A DNA stretch of 64,000 nucleotides from an uncultured Candidatus Rokubacteria bacterium (GTDB lineage Bacteria > Methylomirabilota > Methylomirabilia > Rokubacteriales > DASRDR01). The notes under the pieces were generated by a model, which had not been told where the DNA came from, made no database searches, and worked only from the letters and a program-made list of their open reading frames with translations. This document shows, piece after piece, positions 21,825 to 31,180 of this stretch (positions are counted from its first letter, which is position 1; each line of letters begins with the position of its first letter). Where the stretch lies: NCBI GenBank assembly GCA_963708025.1, contig CAVPSB010000022.1, positions 160,001 to 224,000 of the forward strand. The letters run 5' to 3'. The position numbers and the translations under genes were made by a program.

Positions 21825-22594
21825 TCGGCGGCCGGCGCGCGAGCGGCTTCCCGGACCCGCGCCAGCAGCTCCTCCGGCGCCGGGAGCCGCTCGAGGGCCC
21901 ACCAGGGGGCGTGGCGGGCGAGATCGGCCAGCGCGTAGCCGCCGGAGGCCACCGCGATGGCCCTGGCGCCGATCTCCCGCGCGCACCGGATGTCGTGCGG
22001 CGTGTCGCCGATGACGTAGGTGCGCCCGGCGGTGAGGTCCGGACCCAGCAGCTCGCGCGCGCGGGTCAGCGCCCGGCGGGCGATGGCCGGACGATCCGCG
22101 AGGCCGTCGGCGAACGCGCCGTGGGCGAAGTAGGCGTCGAGCCCGTAGTGGCGGAGCTTCGCGTGGCCGCCGGCCTCCGTGTTCCCGGTGAGCAGGAGGG
22201 AGCACACGTCGGGGCACGCCCGGAGATGCTCCAGGATCTCGCGGACCCCCGGCAGCACGCTCCCCCTCCGCGTCGGCAGGCTGTCGGGGAGCAGCGCCTC
22301 GTAGCGGCGCAGCAGCTCGGTCAGGCGGTCCGGCGCCAAGCCGAAGCTCCCGAGGATGCGCGCCGCGATCTCGACGTCGGTCAGGCCGGCGGTCTCGAGC
22401 TGGCTGAAGTCCACGGCGCGGCCCAGCAGCGCCCCGGTGGCGCCCTCCCAGGCCAGGATTCCCGCCCGACCCGTGGTGAGCAGCGTGCCATCGATGTCCC
22501 AGAAGAGGACGATCGCGCCCTGCTCCGCTGGGCCGGCGGGACGCCGGTGTCCGGCCAGCCGAGCGGTGTTCCCCGGGCCCGCCCCTTCCCCCAT
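21821..22594 (-). CDS. HAD-superfamily hydrolase/phosphatase
   Basis: FWDIDGTL, LTGN, VIGDTPHD; start uncertain. Confidence 0.88.
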   Translation of the reverse strand: MGEGAGPGNTARLAGHRRPAGPAEQGAIVLFWDIDGTLLTTGRAGILAWEGATGALLGRAVDFSQLETAGLTDVEIAARILGSFGLAPDRLTELLRRYEALLPDSLPTRRGSVLPGVREILEHLRACPDVCSLLLTGNTEAGGHAKLRHYGLDAYFAHGAFADGLADRPAIARRALTRARELLGPDLTAGRTYVIGDTPHDIRCAREIGARAIAVASGGYALADLARHAPWWALERLPAPEELLARVREAARAPAAE

Positions 22595-22635
22595 GATCGA
22601 GTCCTGGTCTGCCTCCGACCCGAACGGTATATTAC

Positions 22636-24240
22636 ATGGGGTCTTCGGGTCGACGGAAGATGGAGAGCGACGATGGGGTTCGCGAGGGGCAGGCTCCGCG
22701 CGCCCGCGACCGGCCGGCCCCGATGAAGGGGCCTGACCCGCACGGGACGGACGGGCGCGGGAACCCCGAGTCGGGGACGCCCCGCGCGCCCTGGCATCCG
22801 GGCTGGCTGCTCTGGCTCGCGTTCTTCGAATACGCCGCCGTGACGGCGTGGGTGGTCCAGGGCATCGTCGTGCCGTTTCTGCTCCCAGCGGCCGACATCC
22901 GCGGGAACCTGCTCTTCGACCTGGACTCGTGGAGCTTCCACGTGATCGCCGCGCATCAGGCGAAGCAGATCAACGAGCTGGGATGGTCGGCCTGGACGCT
23001 GCAACCGCGGGGGCAGGTGCTGGCCGGGATCGTCAGCGTGATCTACGCCCTCACCCTTCCGGCGCCGTGGATCCTCATCCCGATCAACGCCGCCCTGCAC
23101 GCCACCGCGGCGCTCCTGCTGCTCCTGATCGTCGAGAGCTTCGTCCGGGACCGGCCCGTCGCCCTGGCCGCCACCCTGCCCTTCCTGCTCTATCCCTCGG
23201 CCATGAGCTGGTTCACGCAGCTGCACAAGGACGGGTGGTTCATCATGGGGGTCCTGCTCTTCATCTACGGCTGGCTGGGCCTCGTGCGGCAGGACACGTG
23301 GACACGCGGCCTCAGGCCTCCCCTCCGATCGTCCGCCTGGGTCGGGCTGGGATCCGCGTCGATCTGGGTGATGCGGGAGCACGGCGCCGTCCTGTCACAG
23401 GCGCTCGGGCTCCTCCTGGCCGCTGTCGTGACCCTCGTGTTCGTCACCCGAGGCATCACGGCCAGGCTGGCCTGGCGTCGTGCCGTGACCGCGTCGATCA
23501 CCGTCTGGCTGGTGGCCGGGGGAATCACCGTGTTGGCCGCTCAGAAGCTGCCCGAGACCGCCTCGATGGCACCACCGTCCGTCCCGAAGGGGCCAGGGGC
23601 GCTGCTGGCGCCGGGCCAGCCCGTCCAGCCGCCCCAGGAACCGCTCCTCCGCTGGCAGTCCTCGCCCTGGCTGCCGTCGGTCATCGACCGCCCGCTGCGT
23701 GATCTGGCCGCCGCCCGAGCCAGGTATCTCTTCCGATACCCGGAGGCCCGCACCAACATGGACGTGCACGTCGCGTTCGAGAGGGCGTCGGACGTCGTCG
23801 CCTATCTCCCCCGAGCCGCGGTCATCGCGCTGTTCGCGCCGTTTCCGGAGCAGTGGCTCGGCCAGGGTTCGACCGAGACCGGCACCGTGATGCGCCGGGT
23901 GACCGCCGTCGAGATGATCGGACTCTACCTGGCCCTGGCGCTTCTCCCGATCGCCATCTGGCGGTGGCGCCGCCGGATCGAGCTCCACCTGATCGTCGGG
24001 TACTGCCTGGTCATGATGCTCGTCTACGGGGCGGCCGTGCCCAATGTCGGCGCGCTCTACCGGTTTCGCTACGGGTTCATCATGACGCTGGCCGCGCTCG
24101 GCATCGCCGCGGGCGTGAGCGCGTGGCGGGGTGTCCAGCCGACCGATGAGAGCGGCCGGCCCGGCGCCGAGCGCCAGGCGGCGCGCCCCGGGGGGGACGT
24201 CCCGGACCGGCCAACGGCGGCCACCGAGTCGGGCGGGTGA
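22636..24240 (+). CDS. Multi-pass membrane protein, possible polysaccharide polymerase or GT-C transferase
   Basis: About 10 hydrophobic segments, DSWSFH loop, LHKD, NVGALYRFRY; true start probably downstream of 22636. Confidence 0.6.
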   Translation: MGSSGRRKMESDDGVREGQAPRARDRPAPMKGPDPHGTDGRGNPESGTPRAPWHPGWLLWLAFFEYAAVTAWVVQGIVVPFLLPAADIRGNLLFDLDSWSFHVIAAHQAKQINELGWSAWTLQPRGQVLAGIVSVIYALTLPAPWILIPINAALHATAALLLLLIVESFVRDRPVALAATLPFLLYPSAMSWFTQLHKDGWFIMGVLLFIYGWLGLVRQDTWTRGLRPPLRSSAWVGLGSASIWVMREHGAVLSQALGLLLAAVVTLVFVTRGITARLAWRRAVTASITVWLVAGGITVLAAQKLPETASMAPPSVPKGPGALLAPGQPVQPPQEPLLRWQSSPWLPSVIDRPLRDLAAARARYLFRYPEARTNMDVHVAFERASDVVAYLPRAAVIALFAPFPEQWLGQGSTETGTVMRRVTAVEMIGLYLALALLPIAIWRWRRRIELHLIVGYCLVMMLVYGAAVPNVGALYRFRYGFIMTLAALGIAAGVSAWRGVQPTDESGRPGAERQAARPGGDVPDRPTAATESGG

Positions 24241-25364
24241 TCCCGGCCGGGAGGGACGCCGCCCTCCGGGACGCGGTCCACACGGTCCTCCGTCGGTGGC
24301 GACGCCTTCGCTACCGGCGGGCCCTGATCCGGGCCCGGGTCCCCGTCCCACGCGACGGAATCCGCGTCAGCTATGGCGACGTCCTGGGAGCCGCGGCGGG
24401 TGGGACGCTTCGAGGGGGGCGCGTGAAGCTCCTGCACTTGCAGGATGTGTTCCCCGAGAGCCCGGGCGCGTTCAACATCCTCTATCTCGTCAGCAGCGCG
24501 CAGCCCCCGTTCGTCAACGAGCTGGCGCGGTGGGCGCGTGACCAGGGGGTCAAGGTGGTCTGGAACCAGGACGGCGTGGCGTATCCGGCGTGGGCCGGGC
24601 GCGCGGCCGACCAGATCAACGCCACGATGCGCGCCGCCATGCGTCACGCCCACCACATCGTGTACCAGAGCGAGTTCTGTCGCGCGAGCGCGGAGCGCTT
24701 CGTCGGAACCTTCGCGGCCCCGTCCGAGATCCTGCCCAACTGCGTCGACACCGCCTGGTTCCGGCCGGGGGCGCCACCCGACGCGGCCGGGCCGTGGACG
24801 CTCCTGGCCGCCGGCTCGCACACCCACCGCGCGCGCGTGATCCGGGCGATCGAGGTCCTCGCCGAGCTGAGGCGGCGGGGCCGCCCGGCCCGCCTCCTGG
24901 TGGCCGGACTCCTGGAATGGCCGGACGCGGCCGCCGACCTGGCGCGCGCCGTGACCACCCTCGGCGTCGGCGATGCCGTCGAGGTCCTCCCTCCCTACAG
25001 CCAGCGGGAGGCGCCGGCGCTGTTCCAGCGCGCTCACGTCCTCCTCCACCTCAAGTACAAGGACCCCTGCCCCACGGTCGTGATCGAGGCGCTGGCGTGC
25101 GGGGTCCCGGTCGTGGGCTCGCGGAGCGGCGGGCTCCCCGAGCTGGTCGGGGACGAGTCCGGCGTCCTCCTCGACGTCCCGGAGTCCTGGGAGCATCTCC
25201 ACGTGCCGGACGCCGGCGCGGCCGCGGACGCCGTGGCGCGCATCATGCACGATCACGCTCGGTGGCGGGAAGCCGCCCGGCGCCGCGCGGAGGACCGGTT
25301 CGCCCGCGAGCCGTGGCTCGCCCGCCACCGAGCGATCTTCCGCCGGGTCCTGGAGCAGACCTGA
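24237..25364 (+). CDS. Glycosyltransferase family 4
   Basis: PNCVD, DPCPTVVIEALACGVPVV..SGGLPELV. Confidence 0.9.
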   Translation: MIPAGRDAALRDAVHTVLRRWRRLRYRRALIRARVPVPRDGIRVSYGDVLGAAAGGTLRGGRVKLLHLQDVFPESPGAFNILYLVSSAQPPFVNELARWARDQGVKVVWNQDGVAYPAWAGRAADQINATMRAAMRHAHHIVYQSEFCRASAERFVGTFAAPSEILPNCVDTAWFRPGAPPDAAGPWTLLAAGSHTHRARVIRAIEVLAELRRRGRPARLLVAGLLEWPDAAADLARAVTTLGVGDAVEVLPPYSQREAPALFQRAHVLLHLKYKDPCPTVVIEALACGVPVVGSRSGGLPELVGDESGVLLDVPESWEHLHVPDAGAAADAVARIMHDHARWREAARRRAEDRFAREPWLARHRAIFRRVLEQT

Positions 25365-25394
25365 GAGCGGGGTGAAGCAAGGAGTCCTCCGACT

Positions 25395-25449
25395 CCCCCT
25401 CCCCCCGGTGGGTGGGGGAGGGGGGTGGGGGGTGGGAGGGAGGTCCCGA
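25395..25449. repeat. G-rich REP-like palindromic element, copy 1
   Basis: CCCCCTCCCCCCGGTGGGTGGGGGAGGGGG...GGGAGGTCCCGA; second copy at 46781-46835. Confidence 0.7.
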
Positions 25450-25459
25450 ACTGTCCCGG

Positions 25460-26560
25460 ATGGTTGAGGTCCCGGTCACGATCCTGATGCCCGTGTACAA
25501 CGTCGAGCGCTACGTGCGCGCGGCGCTGGACAGCGTGTTTCGTCAGACCTGGCAGGAGTTCGAGCTGCTCGTCGTGAACGACGGCTCGACGGACGGCACC
25601 CGCGCCATCCTGGCCGAGCTCCGCGATCCGCGCGTCCGCGTCGTCAACCTGGCGCACGGCGGGCTCGCCGCCGCACTCCGGGCCGGCGTGGACCTGGCGC
25701 GCGGACGGTACCTCGCGCGGATGGATGCGGACGACGAGGCCCTCCCCCATCGCCTGGCCGCCCAGAAGGCCTGCCTCGATCGCTCCCCGCGCGTGGTCCT
25801 CGTCCACAGCCTGGCGCAACCCATCGACGCCGAGGGGCGGCCCCTCCCGGGGGTGCTCGGCGAGCCGCGGCCGTCGATGGTGACGAAGTGGCTCCTGCTC
25901 TGGCGGAACCCGATCCTGCATCCCACCGTCATGCTGCGGACGAGCACCCTGCGGGCGCACGCGCTGAACTACCGCCTCGAGCTGTTCCGGGCCGACGAGT
26001 TCGACCTCTGGAACCGGCTCGCACCCCACGGCGACTTCGAGATGATCCCGGAGATCCTGCACCGCTACCGGCTCCATCCCGAGAGCATGACGCACACGAA
26101 CCCGGTGGACCTCCACCTGGCCGCCTTCACGCGGGTGATCCGCGAGAGCTTCGCGCGCCTCGGGGTGCCCTTGGAGCCGGCCGCGGCCGAGGAGCTCGCG
26201 GTCATCTCGGGCGGAACCTGGACCGATCCGATCACCCACCGGTACCGACACCTGGAAGGGTCGCTCCACGGTCTGCTGGAGAACCTGTCGCGACGCTTCT
26301 GTGCGACCTTCGGCGTGGCCCCCGACGAGCTGGCGGCCGTCCAGGCGGAGCAGCTCCTCCGGTGGGCGCGCTACATGCTGGCCACCTCGCGTGGCTACGC
26401 GGCGCAGCTCCTGCGGCAGAGCCTCCGGCGACGTCGGGCCGCCATCCGGACGCCGTATTTCTGGGCGGTCGCCACGAGCCTCGCCCTACCCGCGCCGTTG
26501 CGCCGCCGGCTCGCCCGCCGAAGCGCGCGGCGCCCTCCCATGTCGGCGCGCGTGAGCTGA
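25460..26560 (+). CDS. Glycosyltransferase family 2
   Basis: ILMPVYN, NDGSTDGT, ARMDADD, HPTVM. Confidence 0.92.
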   Translation: MVEVPVTILMPVYNVERYVRAALDSVFRQTWQEFELLVVNDGSTDGTRAILAELRDPRVRVVNLAHGGLAAALRAGVDLARGRYLARMDADDEALPHRLAAQKACLDRSPRVVLVHSLAQPIDAEGRPLPGVLGEPRPSMVTKWLLLWRNPILHPTVMLRTSTLRAHALNYRLELFRADEFDLWNRLAPHGDFEMIPEILHRYRLHPESMTHTNPVDLHLAAFTRVIRESFARLGVPLEPAAAEELAVISGGTWTDPITHRYRHLEGSLHGLLENLSRRFCATFGVAPDELAAVQAEQLLRWARYMLATSRGYAAQLLRQSLRRRRAAIRTPYFWAVATSLALPAPLRRRLARRSARRPPMSARVS

Positions 26561-26569
26561 GAGGAACGT

Positions 26570-26864
26570 GAGGGGGGCTGCGCCCCCCTCCCGGACCTCC
26601 CCCCGGAGCGGAGGCGCGGGCGAAGCCCGCGCCAAGAGTGGAACGCCACGGCCGCGTGGGCACCGTCAGAAGGTCGCGAGAAGCCGACGGGCGAGGAAGG
26701 CGACGACGAACCTGCCTCGGACCCGCTTTCGCATGCCGCAAACCTCGGAGACCGGCCGCGCGGTCGCGGCGTTCCGCTTCGAGCCGCGGCCCAAAGGCCG
26801 TAGGCCGTCCAACAGCCACGGCCTCCGCGGGGGGAATCCGGGGGGGTCTTCCGAGACCCCCCCG
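26570..26864. repeat. Structured intergenic element (multi-hairpin; REP/MITE-like, ncRNA or terminator) between convergent genes
   Basis: Hairpins at 26570-26590, 26613-26633 and 26839-26864, plus a long-range stem 26637-26656/26759-26778. Confidence 0.6.
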
Positions 26865-26870
26865 AGGGTC

Positions 26871-27875
26871 TCACCGCTCGCACAGGAGTCGCTGGATCAC
26901 GGTCAGGTACTCGAAGCACATCCGGTCGCCGGAGGGCGTCACCTCCAGCACCTGGCGCCGCAGGCGCTCGTAGTCCGCACGCATCGCCTGGATCGCCGCC
27001 CGCACGTCGTCGCGGAAGCCGATCCCGTAGCGGCGCCCGGCTTCGACGATCCCGCCGCCGTCCTCGTGGTAGACCAGCGGGAGCCCGCACTGGGCCCCTT
27101 CCACGTGGTGCATCCCGCCCGGCTCCCAGCGGCTGGCGGTCAGGTAGGCGTGGCAGCGCCGGAGCTTGCCGGCCAGGTCCACGCCTTGCGTGGCCGGCCA
27201 GGTGGTGGCGCCCCGCCACCGGAGGCCCGCGGGCCAGCGGCCGACGACCCACAGCCCCGTGTCCTTCAGCTCGCCGTCGGCGATCAGCCGGTCGACCTCC
27301 TGGTAGACGTCGAACCCCTTCAACGGATTGTCCGACCAGTGGTGGGTGACGAGCTGGAACGGCCCCTCGCCGGCGTAGCGGGCGCCGCCCACCGGGTGGA
27401 ACACCCGCGGGTCCGCCCCGTTGTAGATCGCGCGGTGGGGTCGCGCGACGTCGAACCAGCGGGCGGCGTGGTAGTCGCGGAGCCACTCGGAGATGAAGAC
27501 GGTGTAGTCGGCGACCGCGTTGGCCTCCCGCAGCAGGCCGTCCATGAAGTCGGTGCCCTTGCGCTGGTCGCACTCGTTGACCCGGTGGAGGACGCGGGCC
27601 TGGCGGTGCGCCGCCTTGTAGGCGGCAATCTCCCGCGGGCCCCAGGGCCTGACGGTGTCGATGCGGGGGTCGACCAGGATGATCAGGTCCACGTCCCCGG
27701 CGAGGTCGAAGCCGACCGCGTAGCCCAGGCGGGTGAGGTACGTCGCGAGCTGCACCACGAAGGCCCGGCTGCCGCCCCAGGGGCCCCGCACCGGGCGCAG
27801 GTTGAAAGCCACCCGGGCGAGGGGCCGGCGGCCCAGCAGCCGCCGCCCGGCGGCAGCCAGCTCGAACCGCGTCAC
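26871..27875 (-). CDS. Putative glycosyltransferase (GT4-like)
   Basis: IYNGAD, KGFD, SRWEPGGMHHVEGAQCGLP. Confidence 0.75.
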   Translation of the reverse strand: MTRFELAAAGRRLLGRRPLARVAFNLRPVRGPWGGSRAFVVQLATYLTRLGYAVGFDLAGDVDLIILVDPRIDTVRPWGPREIAAYKAAHRQARVLHRVNECDQRKGTDFMDGLLREANAVADYTVFISEWLRDYHAARWFDVARPHRAIYNGADPRVFHPVGGARYAGEGPFQLVTHHWSDNPLKGFDVYQEVDRLIADGELKDTGLWVVGRWPAGLRWRGATTWPATQGVDLAGKLRRCHAYLTASRWEPGGMHHVEGAQCGLPLVYHEDGGGIVEAGRRYGIGFRDDVRAAIQAMRADYERLRRQVLEVTPSGDRMCFEYLTVIQRLLCER

Positions 27876-27903
27876 GGGCGGCGTCCCCGCTCGGCTCCCC
27901 CGA

Positions 27904-28880
27904 TCAGGATCGGGCCGCGACCGCGGCCGAGCGGCGCCGCTCGGCCTCGCCGGCCACGTGCCCGAGGAACCAGGCGTACGTGCTCTCGACCCCCTCCCGG
28001 AGGGAGATGCGGGGCTTCCAGCCGATCCCCCGGAGCCGGCTGATGTCGAGGAGCTTCCGCGGCGTCCCATCGGGCTTCGAGGCGTCGTACACGATCTCCC
28101 CGGAGAAGCCCACGACCTCCCGCACCAGCTCCGCCAGCGCGCGGATCGTCAGGTCCTCGCCCGTCCCCACGTTGATGTGCTCGTCCCGGTCGTAGTGCTG
28201 CATCAGGAAGAGACACGCGTCGGCCAGGTCGTCGACGTGCAGGAACTCCCGCCGGGGGCTTCCCGTGCCCCAGACCACGACCTTCCGGGCGCCCGGCGAC
28301 CCGGGCCTCGTGGAACTTGCGGATGAGCGCCGGCGAGCACGTGGGAGGTCTCCAGGTCGAAGTTGTCGTGGGGCCCGTAGAGGTTGGTCGGCATCGCCGA
28401 GATGAAGTTGCAGCCGTACTGGCGACGGTAGGCCTGGCAGAGCTTGATGCCGGCGATCTTCGCCATCGCGTAGGGCTCGTTGGTCGGCTCGAGCGGGCCG
28501 GTGAGCAGCGCCTCCTCCCGCATGGGCTGCGCGCACTCCCGCGGGTAGATGCACGAGCTGCCCAGGTAGAGCAGCTTCCGGACGCCGTAGAGGTGAGCCG
28601 CGTGGACCACGGTGGCGTGGATCATCATGTTGTCGTAGATGAACTCGGCCGGGCGGGTGGCGTTGGCCAGGATCCCGCCCACGGTGCCCGCCACCAGGAA
28701 GACGTACTCGGGCCGGTTGGCGCGGAACCAGTAGTTGACCGCGGCCTGGTCGCGCAGGTCGAGCTGCTCCCGGGTCGCCGTGAGGACGTTCCCGTAGCCC
28801 TCGGCGATGAGCCGCCGCAGGAGCGCGGAGCCCACGAGCCCGCGGTGCCCCGCCACGTAGAGCTTGCTGGTCTTGTCCAT
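27904..28880 (-). CDS. fcl: GDP-L-fucose synthase (frameshifted around 28295-28335)
   Basis: [41 protein letters not shown], then [15 protein letters not shown] and [11 protein letters not shown] in another frame. Confidence 0.93.
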
Positions 28881-28911
28881 GGTCGCCTCCAAGCCTTACG
28901 TCACGGACGAA

Positions 28912-28956
28912 CGTTCACTCTGTGAGCATCCTAGCCAGGGCATCTACCCGGGTCAA
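28912..28956 (-). promoter_or_regulatory. Putative fcl promoter with adjacent operator-like palindrome
   Basis: Minus strand TTGACC-N17-TAGGAT (28956-28928); CGTTCA-N5-TGAGCA at 28912-28928. Confidence 0.6.
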
Positions 28957-29007
28957 CTCCTCCCGCCAGCCTCCTCACGGGACCGCGCCGGCCGTCCCCA
29001 CCTCCGC

Positions 29008-30225
29008 TCACAACAGGTCCCGGTACCTCTCGACCGTGCGCTCGAACGTCTCGTCCCAGTTGAAGCGCCTCGCCCGGGCCCGGCCTCGCTGGATCGAGCC
29101 TTCGCGGTCGATCTTGCCGCCGACGATGCCGTCCAGCACTCCCACCAGCGAGTCCTCGTCGGCCGGGTCGAAGTAGGTCGCCGCATCGCCGGCGACCTCC
29201 GGCAGCGATCCCCGGTCACTGCACACGACCGGACAGCCCGAGTTCATCGCTTCGAGCACGGGCAACCCGAAACCCTCGAAGAGCGACGGGAAGATCAGGA
29301 ACTCCGCGTGGTCCAGCAGCGCCTGCATCCTCTCGTCACTCTGGAATCCGAGGAGCTCCACGAGGGTGTCGACCCGGTGCTCCGCGCACAGTCGCCGGAG
29401 ATCGTCCGCGTCGCCCGGATGCACGTAGCCGCCCGTGAGGACCAGCTTGATCCCTTCTCGGGCGAGCTCAGCGCGTCGGATCGCGATCGCGCGAATCAAG
29501 AGCTCGTGATTCTTGTGCTTCCAGGTCTTCGCCGGGTACAGGAGGTAGCGGCCCCGCCCCTTGGCCCACGCCCGGGCCTCCGGGCCGACCGGGACCAGGC
29601 CCCGATCATCGACCCCCGGATACGTCACGGTGATCCGGTTCTCCGGCACCCCCAGCCGCTCGACCATCGTCCCCTTGGTGAACTCGGAGATCGCGAAGAA
29701 CCAGCCCGCGTGCTGCCGGTAGAACGCGTAGTACAGCCGGCGGCGCATCAGCTGATCGTCGTCGAAGTATTGCGGGTAGAACACGTCCTGGATGTCCAGG
29801 AAGGTGACGCACAGCTTGAAGTCCGGGACCAGGCTCCATCGACCCGCCTCCGGGCAGGATCGGTGATTGCCCAGCTCGTGCAGCAGCGCGGGGGCCGGAA
29901 GGGCCGACGCCGCTTCCTCGGCCGCCGGGCGGGAAATCAGCCCGGCCAGCTGGCCGGCCCGACGAAGCCGTTCATAGGCCGCCGGCGGCAGGTACCGCTG
30001 CGCCGCCCTCTTGACCCGTCCCCGCGCGTCCACCGGTGCCGGTCCGGACCCGCGGGACGGGAATCGGATGAGCCGGACGCTGACCCCGAGCAGCAGCGGG
30101 CTCGCCTGGCCGGCGGCGAACCGTCGGTACAGCTCCATCCCGTACCTCCCGCCGCCACCGCTTCGCGACAGCGACCGGTCCTGCCCGTTGACGACGATGA
30201 CCCGCTCCGTCTTGCGCTCAGGCAT
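29008..30225 (-). CDS. Glycosyltransferase family 4 (MtfB/WbpY-like)
   Basis: YPAKTWKHKNH, PSLFEGFGLPVLEAM, SLPEVAGDAA. Confidence 0.92.
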   Translation of the reverse strand: MPERKTERVIVVNGQDRSLSRSGGGGRYGMELYRRFAAGQASPLLLGVSVRLIRFPSRGSGPAPVDARGRVKRAAQRYLPPAAYERLRRAGQLAGLISRPAAEEAASALPAPALLHELGNHRSCPEAGRWSLVPDFKLCVTFLDIQDVFYPQYFDDDQLMRRRLYYAFYRQHAGWFFAISEFTKGTMVERLGVPENRITVTYPGVDDRGLVPVGPEARAWAKGRGRYLLYPAKTWKHKNHELLIRAIAIRRAELAREGIKLVLTGGYVHPGDADDLRRLCAEHRVDTLVELLGFQSDERMQALLDHAEFLIFPSLFEGFGLPVLEAMNSGCPVVCSDRGSLPEVAGDAATYFDPADEDSLVGVLDGIVGGKIDREGSIQRGRARARRFNWDETFERTVERYRDLL

Positions 30226-31132
30226 GGTCGCGCGGCGCTCGATCGGGATCTGGCCATCCGCGGACCCAGTAGCCCTTCGGTCCCAGGACGAGGTTCATGA
30301 GCCAGTCGGTTCGCGACCGCACGCGGACGCCTCGGTTCTTGAGCGTCTCCCGGATCCAGAGCGAGATCCAGTTCCGGTCGAAGGGGCCATGGTAGGCCCG
30401 ACCGATCCGCGCGATCTCTCGCATGATTTCCCAGCCGCCCGTCGAGGTGAGCGTACCCTGGTACATCCGCATGCTGGCGATCTTGTCGGGGATGGCGTAC
30501 ACGGGATGCGACTGGACCTTCAGCATGAGCTCCCAGTCCATGACCCACCGCGTTGACGGTGTCACGCCCCCGACCGCCAGGAACAGGTCGCGCCGGATGA
30601 ACATCGTCGGCTGCAGGATGAAGAACACGTGCCGCAGTCGCCGGCGATCGAAGGGACGAGTCGGGATGAACCGGATCAGCTTCCCCTCCCGGTCCACCTG
30701 CGCCCCGGAGCCGTAGACCACGCCCGCATCCGGGTTGCGGGCGAAGGCACCACCGATCGCCGCCAGCGCCCCGGGGGCATAGTAGTCGTCGGCGTTCAGC
30801 CAGGCGACGACCTCACCCGTCGCCAGGCCGACGCCCTTGTTGATCGCCTCGCACTGGCTGTCGTCGGGCTCCGAGACCCAGCGGAGGTACGGGAGGTCGG
30901 CGTAGCGCCGCACGACCTCCGGCGTGTCGTCGCGCGATCCACCATCGACGATGATGTGCTCGAGCGCCCCGTAGTTCTGGTCCCGGACGGATTCGATCGT
31001 CTCGGCGATGAACTCGCCTTTGTTGAGCGAAGGGGTGACGACGCTGATGGACGGGAGGCCGGGCAACACCCGGTCGGCGTCCCGACCGCTGCCCTCGACC
31101 ACCGCCCGTGCCGAACGGCCCACAGGGGTCAC
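30218..31132 (-). CDS. Glycosyltransferase family 2
   Basis: SVVTPSLN, DGGSRDDT, WLNADD. Confidence 0.92.
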   Translation of the reverse strand: MTPVGRSARAVVEGSGRDADRVLPGLPSISVVTPSLNKGEFIAETIESVRDQNYGALEHIIVDGGSRDDTPEVVRRYADLPYLRWVSEPDDSQCEAINKGVGLATGEVVAWLNADDYYAPGALAAIGGAFARNPDAGVVYGSGAQVDREGKLIRFIPTRPFDRRRLRHVFFILQPTMFIRRDLFLAVGGVTPSTRWVMDWELMLKVQSHPVYAIPDKIASMRMYQGTLTSTGGWEIMREIARIGRAYHGPFDRNWISLWIRETLKNRGVRVRSRTDWLMNLVLGPKGYWVRGWPDPDRAPRDHA

Positions 31133-31180
31133 TGTACCGCCGGGCCCGTCGCTCCACCGAGCATTCAGACGCGACGACCC

